Below the pieces are notes generated by a model. That model had not been told where the DNA came from, made no database searches, and saw only the letters and a list, made by a program, of their open reading frames with translations. Made by a program: the position numbers and the translations under genes. A stretch of 64,000 bases of DNA from assembly GCA_965226055.1 (NCBI GenBank), contig CBDDCA010000006.1:320001-384000 (forward strand). The letters run 5' to 3'. This document shows positions 48,434 through 57,708 of this stretch, one piece after another (position 1 is the first letter of the stretch; every line of letters starts with the position of its first letter). This DNA is from Spirochaetia bacterium. GTDB taxonomy: Bacteria; Spirochaetota; Spirochaetia; WTKD01; G963693115.

Positions 48434-49843
48434 GTGACAAGTACATTTGTATGCACCACATGTTCTTACGAAAGTGCTAAATGGCACGGTAAGTGTCCTG
48501 ATTGTGGCACTTGGAATAGCTTTGAAGAACGACAAACTGCTTCTCGTACTGCTGCTAAAAACAAGGCAGCACCGTATTCCTCACAATCAGCACTTCCTAT
48601 CAATAGCCTCGCAAATATTGATGTAAAAAAATCTCTTCGTATACATACAGGATCTACTGAGTTTGATAGGGTGCTGGGAGGAGGATTACTTACACAATCG
48701 GTAGTTCTCGTAAGTGGTGAGCCAGGTATCGGAAAATCTACATTACTTCTACAGTTAGCGGCACATGTAAATACACATACTAACAATGCCTCTCACACAG
48801 AGGTTCTGTACATTTGCGGAGAAGAATCGCCTGAACAAATAAAACTTCGCGCAATGAGATTGAACATAGGAACCGCCCCTATTCAGTTAAGTGCAGAATT
48901 CCGTATTGAAAAAATTGAACAACATATAAAAAAAAGTGCTCCTAATATTATTATGATTGATTCTATACAATCAATACGTTCAGAAACACTGGGCTTGCAC
49001 ACTGGGAATATATCTCAACTTCGTGCCTGTATCAGTAGCTGTTACGAATGGAGTCAAACATACAAGTGTGCCATTATTATTGTTGCCCATGTTACAAAAG
49101 ATGGCTCTGTTGCAGGACCTAAGCTTATAGAACATCTTGTCGATACAGTGCTTGTTTTTGAAAACAGCAAAGAAAATCTTCGATTTTTATATTCTCGCAA
49201 AAACAGATTTGGTGCCATTGATGAAGTAGGTGTTTTTAGAATGACAGAAAAAGGGCTTATCGATCTAAATAATTCTAGCAATTATTTTTTAGAAGAACGC
49301 AGAGATCGTTGGCCATCTGGTATTTGTATTGTCACTACATTTGAAGGAACTCGTCCCTTTTTAGTAGAAATTCAAGCACTCACTGTTCCTGTGTTCTCAA
49401 ACAATAGAGTATTTACTGAAGTAGTACATTCAAATCAAGTATTCCGTATTGCAGCAATCCTTGAACGCCATGTGGGTATTTCTTTGTCAAACCAAAATCT
49501 TTATATCAATACTGCTGGAGGTATTCGTATACAAGAATCAGGCATGGAGCTAGCACTTGCTCTCGCATTATATTCTGCGTATCATAATCATCCATTGACT
49601 GCAAACACTTGTGCTATGGGAGAAATAAGTCTTGCAGGCGAAATACGTTCTGTACAACATTTTGAACAACGGTGCAAACAGGCTGAAGATTTTGGTATAA
49701 CCACTCTCATAGTACCAAAAGCAAACCTTGAACATTCAACATTGTCTATCTCAAATGTGCATCTTATTCCTGTTAGCACCATACAAGAAGCTATCAGTAT
49801 TATTGATAATACAAACAAAAAAACAAGGAAGGAACAGGTATGA
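48434..49843 (+). CDS. radA: DNA repair protein RadA/Sms
   Basis: C4 zinc finger, GEPGIGKSTLLLQ, IDSIQ, KNRFG, Lon-like C-terminus. Confidence 0.96.
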   Translation: MTSTFVCTTCSYESAKWHGKCPDCGTWNSFEERQTASRTAAKNKAAPYSSQSALPINSLANIDVKKSLRIHTGSTEFDRVLGGGLLTQSVVLVSGEPGIGKSTLLLQLAAHVNTHTNNASHTEVLYICGEESPEQIKLRAMRLNIGTAPIQLSAEFRIEKIEQHIKKSAPNIIMIDSIQSIRSETLGLHTGNISQLRACISSCYEWSQTYKCAIIIVAHVTKDGSVAGPKLIEHLVDTVLVFENSKENLRFLYSRKNRFGAIDEVGVFRMTEKGLIDLNNSSNYFLEERRDRWPSGICIVTTFEGTRPFLVEIQALTVPVFSNNRVFTEVVHSNQVFRIAAILERHVGISLSNQNLYINTAGGIRIQESGMELALALALYSAYHNHPLTANTCAMGEISLAGEIRSVQHFEQRCKQAEDFGITTLIVPKANLEHSTLSISNVHLIPVSTIQEAISIIDNTNKKTRKEQV

Positions 49844-51279
49844 AAAAGCTATTGTTTTTATCATTTCTGCTATGGAGCAGTACTCTATTATACACTATAG
49901 GAGCTTTTACACAAGAGAACATTGATACAAACCAAAACACTACACAAGAATATCTTACTATAAATCAAACTATTGCACAAGATGTTCCGTTAGAAAATAC
50001 CGAAGCTACCAGTACCACTAGCATAATACAATTACCAAAATCATGGTATAAAAAACTTGGCATTGATAATGGACTGGTGGCAAAGTTTAACTTTGGAGAG
50101 AGTTTTTTAATCGTACATTTATTATATCAAGATATGCCTCTGTCAGTAATGTATTTTTTAGGACTAGCATCAGCACGATTTAATCAACAATCAATCATAG
50201 AAGCAACACGAAAAACAGAGCAACAAAACAGTAGAGAAGAACAAACAGAACAACAGAGCAGTGCAGAGGAACAAGCAGTACCAGAACAAACAAATATTAT
50301 AGCGACAGCACTCCCCAGTCCAGAGCTATATACCAACGGTACTGTTGTTTCGTATACTCCTGATTATATACTCTATGCTAATATACATGAACAAAGCCCC
50401 GAAGAGTATCAACAATATACTTTTATGTATGAAAACTATTTTGATCCTCCAAAACGACAAGGAAAAGGGTTTTTAGCGCTTTATGGCACATCATTATTAC
50501 AGATTAGCAGTCGTCTTGTATTTATTTTGTCTGATATAGAAACATTCCCTCTCTCAGTTCCTATTATTGGAGATATACTGTATGATCATTCTTCATTTAA
50601 TACTGTAGAAGAGCTTAGCAATATAGATTCTGTAGAAATACAAGCGCTTGGAAATAGAGCAAATAATTTTTTATCAAGTATTACATGGGATACATTCCAA
50701 TCGCTTGTTCAAGAAGAAGAAGACAATTTCATACAGAATAAACAACAAAATATTGATGCCATACGTCAAGAGTTAAATGAAAAGACATATAGAGAAAGTA
50801 CAAGTGGAATTTTCTTCGAATTTCGTACAGGAAACATTACAGACAATATAGCAAATATTACCACAAAAAACAATGATGTGAGTCAGTTAATTAGTATCTT
50901 AAACAATAATCCTCTCAATATTACCGAGTTAGACAATTCCTATTTGAAAAATGGAAACACTATCCATTTTGACTATACCATGCGAGTATACAATAATAAC
51001 AATACAACCTATATTGACAACAGTTTTGAGTATGAAAATTCAATGAGCTATGTTGTAGGACAAGATACCATCCTCAAAGGAATAGAACAAATATTTACCA
51101 TAATGTCTCCTGATCAAACTGTGTATGCAATTATTCCTCCTTCTCTTGCGTACGATAATGATGGACTAGGAAAGATAGTAAGCGTAAGCGATTTTATAGA
51201 AGTGAAAATAAGCATGTTATCAAAAGCACGCACACAACGAGCTATTGATTCAAATAGCAACAATGAATCTAATAATTGA
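49840..51279 (+). CDS. Exported degenerate cyclophilin-FKBP paralog
   Basis: YQDMPLSVMYFLGLA, ITWDTFQSL, ESTSGIF, IDNSF, ILKGIE and IIPPSLAY align colinearly with 47379..48416. Confidence 0.7.
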   Translation: MKKLLFLSFLLWSSTLLYTIGAFTQENIDTNQNTTQEYLTINQTIAQDVPLENTEATSTTSIIQLPKSWYKKLGIDNGLVAKFNFGESFLIVHLLYQDMPLSVMYFLGLASARFNQQSIIEATRKTEQQNSREEQTEQQSSAEEQAVPEQTNIIATALPSPELYTNGTVVSYTPDYILYANIHEQSPEEYQQYTFMYENYFDPPKRQGKGFLALYGTSLLQISSRLVFILSDIETFPLSVPIIGDILYDHSSFNTVEELSNIDSVEIQALGNRANNFLSSITWDTFQSLVQEEEDNFIQNKQQNIDAIRQELNEKTYRESTSGIFFEFRTGNITDNIANITTKNNDVSQLISILNNNPLNITELDNSYLKNGNTIHFDYTMRVYNNNNTTYIDNSFEYENSMSYVVGQDTILKGIEQIFTIMSPDQTVYAIIPPSLAYDNDGLGKIVSVSDFIEVKISMLSKARTQRAIDSNSNNESNN

Positions 51280-51322
51280 TATTCTCTCTATTTCAAACAA
51301 CGATAGTACTAAAAGCACAACT

Positions 51323-52024
51323 TTACATTTCAGGGCGTACGAGTACCCTACATAACGCTCCATCCGAATTTGCAACTGCAATAGGAGCCATAAAGCCCCA
51401 TACTTTTTTACAAAAAAGAGCAGATGTATTGACAATATACTCTACTAATGTTGTCCCGTTCATCAATAAATGCTTATGAGTAACATGTTTCTCTAAGGGC
51501 TTTTCTATAACACCATCAATCCATGTACGGATAGGATAATCTTGAGGAAAATCAAATGCACAGAGTGTAATAGAATGTTGTGCAATCCATTCTGCGGCCA
51601 TTTCATTAAGATACGGAGCTTTACTCCAATATTCCAATGAATTATACGAGTAATGCATATCCCAGCATGTTTTGAATATAATCTTATCTCCATCAGTACT
51701 CTCAGGCCATGCTTTTTGTAGCAGAGGAACAGTAATTTCAAGATTATCTTGTATGCTGTCCGAGATATCAATAATATCAAAGCTGCCAACAAAAGTAGTA
51801 GGAAGAATATCAAGAATTTCTTTGCCATTCTTTTTAATATGTCTCTGAGCGTCCATATGGGTAAATGCATGACAAGATACTTCTATAGTTGTCGCTTCAA
51901 AAATATCGCCTTCATCAAAATTTCCTTTCTTGAAAATACGGGGATGCCATCGCACATGCGATGAAATGGGCATAGTAAGATCAATCCATTCATTATGTTC
52001 AGACATACTCATATTATACTCCAA
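51323..52024 (-). CDS. Cyclase-family metal hydrolase (kynurenine formamidase-like)
   Basis: IDLTMPI, HAFTHMDAQRH, HKHLL.NG..LVEY, SDGALCR. Confidence 0.85.
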   Translation of the reverse strand: MEYNMSMSEHNEWIDLTMPISSHVRWHPRIFKKGNFDEGDIFEATTIEVSCHAFTHMDAQRHIKKNGKEILDILPTTFVGSFDIIDISDSIQDNLEITVPLLQKAWPESTDGDKIIFKTCWDMHYSYNSLEYWSKAPYLNEMAAEWIAQHSITLCAFDFPQDYPIRTWIDGVIEKPLEKHVTHKHLLMNGTTLVEYIVNTSALFCKKVWGFMAPIAVANSDGALCRVLVRPEM

Positions 52025-53303
52025 GAGAAGGAAGCCATGTAGAAAGGGCAGGAAATACTATAATAATAATCAACACAATAAATAAAGTGAGAAGAAAAGG
52101 AATACTTTCTTTCAATACCTCTATAGGCTTGGTTTTTGCTATCCCTGCTGATAAATAAATGAGGTATCCTACAGGCGGAGTCACTAATCCTATCATCAAA
52201 TTAAAAATAAGCACCAATCCAAAATGAATAGGCGATATTCCAAACTGATACACAATAGGCATAAAAACAGGTACTAGTATAGTTAAAGCAGCAACAGGAT
52301 CCATAATCATTCCTATAAAAAATACAATACAGTTTATAATCAGCAATGTAATCAATGGACTATGAGAAATAGCTTGTATCCACTCTGCTATCTTATGGCT
52401 AATTTGTAAACGTGCAATAAGCCATGCAAATAGAGAAGAAGCACCTACAATCAACATAACTTTTGCTGTGCCTTTCATTGCATTTGTTAATGCGATAATA
52501 CAACGCTTCCAGTTTAGTTCTTTGTAAAAAAAGAATCCTACTATAAACGCATAGACAACTGCTACGGCACCTGCTTCTGTTGCAGTAAATACCCCAGTAA
52601 GAATTCCTCCTAAAATAATAAGCGGACAAACAATAGCAAAAATAGCATCTTTTCCATGCTTCAATATTTTTACAATACTACACTTTGTTATTGTGTTTCC
52701 ATAAGATCTTTGTAATGAGATAATAACAGTAGTCACTGTCAACGATACTGCTATCATAAGTCCTGGTATAATACCAGCAAGGAACATTTTTCCTACTGAT
52801 ACACCCGAACCAGCAAGAGCTGCAAATATCACCATAGGTACACTGGGAGGAATAATAGGTCCCATAATAGAGGCAGATTGTGTAAGAGCTGCAGAGAAAG
52901 CTGCAGGATACCCCTGTTTTTTCATTTCAGGAATAAGAGAGCTTCCTATAGCTGCAGTAGAAGCGACTGCTGAGCCACTAATACAGCCAAAAAACAAACA
53001 AGAAAAAATATTGATATAGCTGATAGAGCCTTTTATCCATCCTAAAAACGAAGAGACAAATGCGACAATACGCTTTGTAATACCTCCTGCACTCATAAGC
53101 TCACCTGCCAGAAAGAAAAATGCCAATGCCTGCAAAGAAGAGGAATCGATGCCTGCCATAAATTGCTGTGCTACCACCGAAATAGGAACGTGGGAAATAA
53201 ATATCATAGCAGTGATGATAGAGGAAAACAATATGCTATATACAAGGGGTATTCCAAACACTGTGAGAACAAACATTGTTATTAACATAATTGTAAAGGA
53301 CAC
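52014..53303 (-). CDS. dctM: TRAP transporter large permease
   Basis: ISGSAVA, IIPPSVPMVI, FTATEAGAV, GLVTPPVG. Confidence 0.93.
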   Translation of the reverse strand: MSFTIMLITMFVLTVFGIPLVYSILFSSIITAMIFISHVPISVVAQQFMAGIDSSSLQALAFFFLAGELMSAGGITKRIVAFVSSFLGWIKGSISYINIFSCLFFGCISGSAVASTAAIGSSLIPEMKKQGYPAAFSAALTQSASIMGPIIPPSVPMVIFAALAGSGVSVGKMFLAGIIPGLMIAVSLTVTTVIISLQRSYGNTITKCSIVKILKHGKDAIFAIVCPLIILGGILTGVFTATEAGAVAVVYAFIVGFFFYKELNWKRCIIALTNAMKGTAKVMLIVGASSLFAWLIARLQISHKIAEWIQAISHSPLITLLIINCIVFFIGMIMDPVAALTILVPVFMPIVYQFGISPIHFGLVLIFNLMIGLVTPPVGYLIYLSAGIAKTKPIEVLKESIPFLLTLFIVLIIIIVFPALSTWLPSLGV

Positions 53304-53773
53304 TATAACTCTCCTGTTTGACGACTCATAGCATTATGAATCATAGTAAGAACAATCCGTATTATTTCAAGAATTGAACATATGATAAGCGGAAAGTAAA
53401 ACCAAGAAATAGACATATCAAATGCAGCATAATAATCATTGCGCGTAAGAAAAAAGAATTTTAAAGCACCGTGTAATAGAATAAATACACAAAACAAAAT
53501 AATAAGGTAACAAAACTCAGAAAATATCCAGCTAATCGATTTGCTTATTCTATCTCTCAATAGAGAAATTTGTATCTGTGTTCCACTTAAAAGTCCAAAA
53601 AGAGTCATCCATGCATAGATAAAACGAAGAAACTCATCAGCCCATGGCAATGAGTGAGAAAATATATAGCGCATAATAACCTGATAAAAAGTAACTGCTA
53701 CCAGTACAAGAAGAACGATGTTTCCCAAAATGATAAAGATTTTATTTACTATTTTGTTATATTGTTCTATCAT
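53303..53773 (-). CDS. dctQ: TRAP transporter small permease
   Basis: QVIMRYIF..SLPWADE; four TM segments; lies between dctP and dctM. Confidence 0.88.
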   Translation of the reverse strand: MIEQYNKIVNKIFIILGNIVLLVLVAVTFYQVIMRYIFSHSLPWADEFLRFIYAWMTLFGLLSGTQIQISLLRDRISKSISWIFSEFCYLIILFCVFILLHGALKFFFLTRNDYYAAFDMSISWFYFPLIICSILEIIRIVLTMIHNAMSRQTGEL

Positions 53774-53847
53774 TACCTACAGTTTTATAATAATGAAGAA
53801 AAGCGTACAGCAGTATTACATATAAAGCGGTACTTTTTCCTGTGTTA

Positions 53848-54843
53848 TTATTGAGATGTTATGCTGTTAATCATATCGTTCCCAAATGTATCACTATACT
53901 CTTTCCATGTTTGTTCTATATTGTTCCGAAACGATTGTATATCAACATTTTCTTCTACAATCATACCAGCATCTTTGAGTGCTTGCAGTGCTTTTTCATT
54001 TTCTTCGGCATTAAGCTCTCGTTCTAATTGAGCACTTTCTAATGCTGTTTTCACCAATATCTCTTTATCTTTATAAGAAAGAGAATTATAGGCATCAAGA
54101 TTCATGGTCATAGGAGCTGCTGTATACGCATGATGTGTGAGAGAAATATATTTCTGTACTTCTTGCAAGTTATTATTATAGATATGATGCACAGGATTTT
54201 CTTGACCATCTATAACACCAGTTTTAAGAGAAAAATACACTTCCTTAAAGGACATAGGAGTTGGGCTAGCTCCCCATAAGGTAAAGGCTCTGATATGGGC
54301 TTTATTAGGGGTAGTACGGAGCTTCAGCCCTTTAAGATCTTTTATACTTTTTATAGGGGCTACATTATTAGTGATATCACGAAACCCAACTTCAAAAAAT
54401 GCTAAACCAATGAGATTATATTGTTGAAGAGATTTCATCAATGATACTCCAATTTCTCCATCCAACACCTTGTATGCTTTTTCTTCAGATTCAAAAATAA
54501 AGGGCAGATCAAGCAAATTTAATTCTGGAGCAAAAGAGGTATAGTATGGATTTCCTACTACAACGATATCAATAGTACCTGTTCTCGCTCCATCAAGCTG
54601 TGCGTTAGAATCTCCTAGTTCACTACTAGGATGCAAATTAATTTTTATTCTCTCATCAGACAATTCTAGTACACGCTGTGCCATATATTCTGTTGCCTTC
54701 GTCACTGTATCAGAAGGAGAGCCATAATGACTAAGAGCAAATGTATGGCTTTTTTTCATAGAATCTGCTTTTGTTCCCTCTTCTTGTTGACCAGCACTTA
54801 GCAGCAACAAAGAAGCAAGCATCAATATACATATCTTTTTCAT
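53848..54843 (-). CDS. dctP: TRAP substrate-binding protein
   Basis: LDLPFIF, GFRDITN, DLKGLKLR, GVIDGQENP. Start set at the ATG at 54843 after GGAGGAG. Confidence 0.93.
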   Translation of the reverse strand: MKKICILMLASLLLLSAGQQEEGTKADSMKKSHTFALSHYGSPSDTVTKATEYMAQRVLELSDERIKINLHPSSELGDSNAQLDGARTGTIDIVVVGNPYYTSFAPELNLLDLPFIFESEEKAYKVLDGEIGVSLMKSLQQYNLIGLAFFEVGFRDITNNVAPIKSIKDLKGLKLRTTPNKAHIRAFTLWGASPTPMSFKEVYFSLKTGVIDGQENPVHHIYNNNLQEVQKYISLTHHAYTAAPMTMNLDAYNSLSYKDKEILVKTALESAQLERELNAEENEKALQALKDAGMIVEENVDIQSFRNNIEQTWKEYSDTFGNDMINSITSQ

Positions 54844-54887
54844 AAAACTCCTCCCTATATGCACTTATATATACAATCACATACACT

Positions 54888-54903
54888 ATGATACATGTAT
54901 CAT
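54888..54903. promoter_or_regulatory. Perfect 16-bp palindrome upstream of dctP, candidate operator
   Basis: ATGATACATGTATCAT, about 45 nt upstream of the dctP start. Confidence 0.55.
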
Positions 54904-55058
54904 GACTACCTGTTTATTATAACATATGCAATATAAAGCGTCAATAATAAATAAGTACTTTAATTGAAAATTGAAAATGTCACTTATGATGTATGTATGA
55001 AAAGCATTACTATGAGAGGCATTGTCAAGTTTTTGTTAAGAGGTAAGGGAATATTTTT

Positions 55059-55755
55059 GGGGCTGGCATGGATAACTGAAAAATGAGATAATTCAGAAAG
55101 AAATGCCAAGAAAAAGAAAGTTAGAACATAAGAAAAAAGAAAAACTATTAGAACACTTTATAGCAGGAACACCAGCAAGAAGTAGTGCTTCGTTATGTGA
55201 AGTAAGTAGAGAAACTGCAACAAAATGGTATCATATGTTTCGAGTAGTGATAGCAAAAAAACTCACAGTATATGAAGTATTGATGAAAGGAGAAATAGAT
55301 GAAAGTTATTTCGGAGGAAAAAGAAAAGGAAAAACAATAGTATTTGGATTATATAAAAGGAGCGGCTATGTACATACAGTAACAGTAAGTAATACAAAGA
55401 TTTACACACTGTATAGTATTATAAAGAAAAAAGTAGCTCCTCAGAGTATTATCTATACAGACACCTATCCGAGTTATAATATACTTGCTGTATCAGATTT
55501 TCAGCACTATCGCATAAATCATGCAAAGGAATTTGCACAAAAGCAAAACCATATAAATGGGATAGAAAATTTTTGGAATCAATCAAAGGGGCATCTGAGA
55601 AAATATAATGGAGTACCGAAAAAATATTTTGAACTATATCTCAAAGAATGTGAATTTCGATTTAATTATAGACCGATAGCAAACATGTATAAAGTGTTGT
55701 ATAATTGGATAAAGGAGGCTGGTTTAGTCTAATTTTGCTTATCCATGCCAGCCCC
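55059..55755 (+). mobile_element. IS1595-family insertion sequence (IS1016-like)
   Basis: Perfect 17-bp terminal inverted repeats GGGGCTGGCATGGATAA at 55059-55075 and 55739-55755 enclosing a transposase gene. Confidence 0.93.
55103..55732 (+). CDS. IS1595-family DDE transposase, apparently with small in-frame deletions
   Basis: IDESYFGG, IYTD, HYRINH, NHINGIENFW, YLKECEFRFN. Confidence 0.9.
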   Translation: MPRKRKLEHKKKEKLLEHFIAGTPARSSASLCEVSRETATKWYHMFRVVIAKKLTVYEVLMKGEIDESYFGGKRKGKTIVFGLYKRSGYVHTVTVSNTKIYTLYSIIKKKVAPQSIIYTDTYPSYNILAVSDFQHYRINHAKEFAQKQNHINGIENFWNQSKGHLRKYNGVPKKYFELYLKECEFRFNYRPIANMYKVLYNWIKEAGLV

Positions 55756-55756
55756 T

Positions 55757-56231
55757 AAATATAAATAACCTTACAAGAAGTACAACCTATGAAATAGTAG
55801 TACAATCAGTGAACACAACGGACACTACAAAAGTATCTACAGGCACACGAATAAAAGTAACTACTCTTGCTACTAATCAAGCCACCGCACCGCCAGACGC
55901 CCGCAGTGTTACAGGAAGCCCCACCGCTAGCAGTATAGGAGTATCATGGCAAGCCCCAACGCTTACAAGCACACACAAGAAAGCAAACGGACAAAGGCTT
56001 ACAAAGGCAGATGTATCATACAAAGTATACAGAGCAGCAAAGGGAAAAAATGCCCGCACAATAACAGAGATTAAAACAGCAGACACAAGCCCGATAGAAA
56101 TAGCAAAGGGAACAACAAACACAAATATAAATAACCTTACTGGAAGTACTACCTATGAAATAGTAGTACAAACAGTGAACGCAACCGATACTAAAAAAGT
56201 CTCTACAGGCATACGAATAGAAGTAATTACT
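55757..56231 (+). repeat. Imperfect direct repeat (~110 bp visible, 366-bp period) from FN3 unit duplication
   Basis: AAATATAAATAACCTTAC...ACCTATGAAATAGTAGTACAA...TCTACAGGCA starting at 55757 and 56123. Confidence 0.85.
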
Positions 56232-56594
56232 GCACCATATAAATATACTCCTATGAATAAAAACGATTTAATTAGAGCAATTAAAAACATAATCAACACG
56301 GATAAAAACGGCAGAATTGAAAACAGCGATGATCTAGACGCAAACTTAAACAGTATCGATACAAGCAATATTACAGACATGAGCATACTTTTTAATTATC
56401 CATTAAATGTATTTAGAGGGGATATATCAAACTGGAATGTAAGCAACATAACCGATATGAGACATATGTTTAATCAAGCAACCACCTTTAAGAGAGATTT
56501 AGAAGCATGGAGGAAACATATAGGCAACAAAAAAGTGACTACTACTGATATGTTTTATAATAGTGGAGTAACGACACCGCCCTCATGGTATTGA
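55758..56594 (+). pseudogene. 5'-truncated surface protein: fibronectin type III repeats + DUF285/BspA-like repeat
   Basis: Frame is open from the IS end, starting mid-FN3 repeat, with no signal peptide; IGVSWQAP, LTGSTTYEIVV; IDTSNITDMS.LF, DISNWNVSNITDM..MF. Confidence 0.75.
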
Positions 56595-56634
56595 TATTAA
56601 AGTACAAAGTAAAGTATAATAAACTTGTGTAGGG

Positions 56635-56751
56635 ATGAAAATAAAAAACTTCATTATTTATATTTATAATGTATCTTGTTTATTATTATCTATTATTGTT
56701 GTATTATCCCTACACATTTATAATCATAGTCCTAGCAGTATACCAGTATGA
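56635..56751 (+). pseudogene. 38-aa remnant resembling the N-terminus of a TraF/S26 peptidase
   Basis: MKIKNFIIYIY...HIYNHSPSSIPV* compared with MSKKILIIYYG...FIHNKSPSVPIG of 56882..57313. Confidence 0.45.
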
Positions 56752-56881
56752 AAGTAGTGCAGTGTGAAAACACAGCAAGGGAATAGTGTAGTAGTATCGT
56801 AGTCTATAACCTGAAAGTACAACAGTATCGCACTCAAGTAATTGAACAGCCTACCGATAAGTATTTTAATACTACCATCCC

Positions 56882-57313
56882 TTATGCTTGCACAATACGA
56901 CAGTATAGTCCAAGAATATACTTTTCTGGCACTTTCCCTATTACTGCTGAGCTAATAGCTTGTTCACTATTTGCAAATACTTCTACATACTGTGGCAAAG
57001 TAGTATTTTTTATAATATATTGTCGGGTATCTTCATTGACATATTTTAAGATAACAATGCCTGATGCAATAAGAGACTTAGCTACAAGAGGAAATTTTTT
57101 CTGTATCCACAGTGGACTAATTGAAACATACAGAGGATCACAAGAAATACTCTTGTACGCAAACTGTCTCATGTACCACCCTATTGGCACCGAAGGGCTT
57201 TTATTGTGTATAAATACGCTACCTATCTGCACCAAACTTGTTGGTATCAACCAAATACACAAGAAAAAAAAGACATATATACCATAGTATATAATGAGTA
57301 TTTTTTTACTCAC
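56882..57313 (-). CDS. TraF-like S26 peptidase (divergent)
   Basis: TM then NKSPSVPIGWY (Ser) and ILKYV (Lys); degenerate C-terminal box SAVIGKVP..ILG; downstream of the trb genes. Confidence 0.65.
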   Translation of the reverse strand: MSKKILIIYYGIYVFFFLCIWLIPTSLVQIGSVFIHNKSPSVPIGWYMRQFAYKSISCDPLYVSISPLWIQKKFPLVAKSLIASGIVILKYVNEDTRQYIIKNTTLPQYVEVFANSEQAISSAVIGKVPEKYILGLYCRIVQA

Positions 57314-57683
57314 GACTTAAAAAATAATATTGTTGACGCAGATCCAGTGTTTCTAAATAATCTTTGTTTCCCAAAAACCATAGAGGGACACCAACAAGAA
57401 CAAACAATGCACTCACACCCATAACAGAATAACCAGTAATTACAAGCTCTTTTCTATAGGGATTATTATTTTCATCATCAATAGATAATGCATAGCTTGC
57501 AAGTACTCCTCCTATCACCGAAAACACTACCCCAGATATAGATAGCCCTCCTCCCCAGTCCATCTGTGTTTTGTGCTGTTCAATATATTTCTCAAAATCT
57601 CCAAGTTCATCGGATGTTTCTGAAAATACACTATGTGAAATAAGTATAACACATACAAAAATGAAACAATATTTTTTACTCAT
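57306..57683 (-). CDS. Small membrane protein with signal peptide
   Basis: AGGAGG RBS, signal peptide, two Gly-rich hydrophobic segments. Confidence 0.7.
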   Translation of the reverse strand: MSKKYCFIFVCVILISHSVFSETSDELGDFEKYIEQHKTQMDWGGGLSISGVVFSVIGGVLASYALSIDDENNNPYRKELVITGYSVMGVSALFVLVGVPLWFLGNKDYLETLDLRQQYYFLSRE

Positions 57684-57708
57684 TGTATACCTCCTTACTT
57701 ATTAAAAC

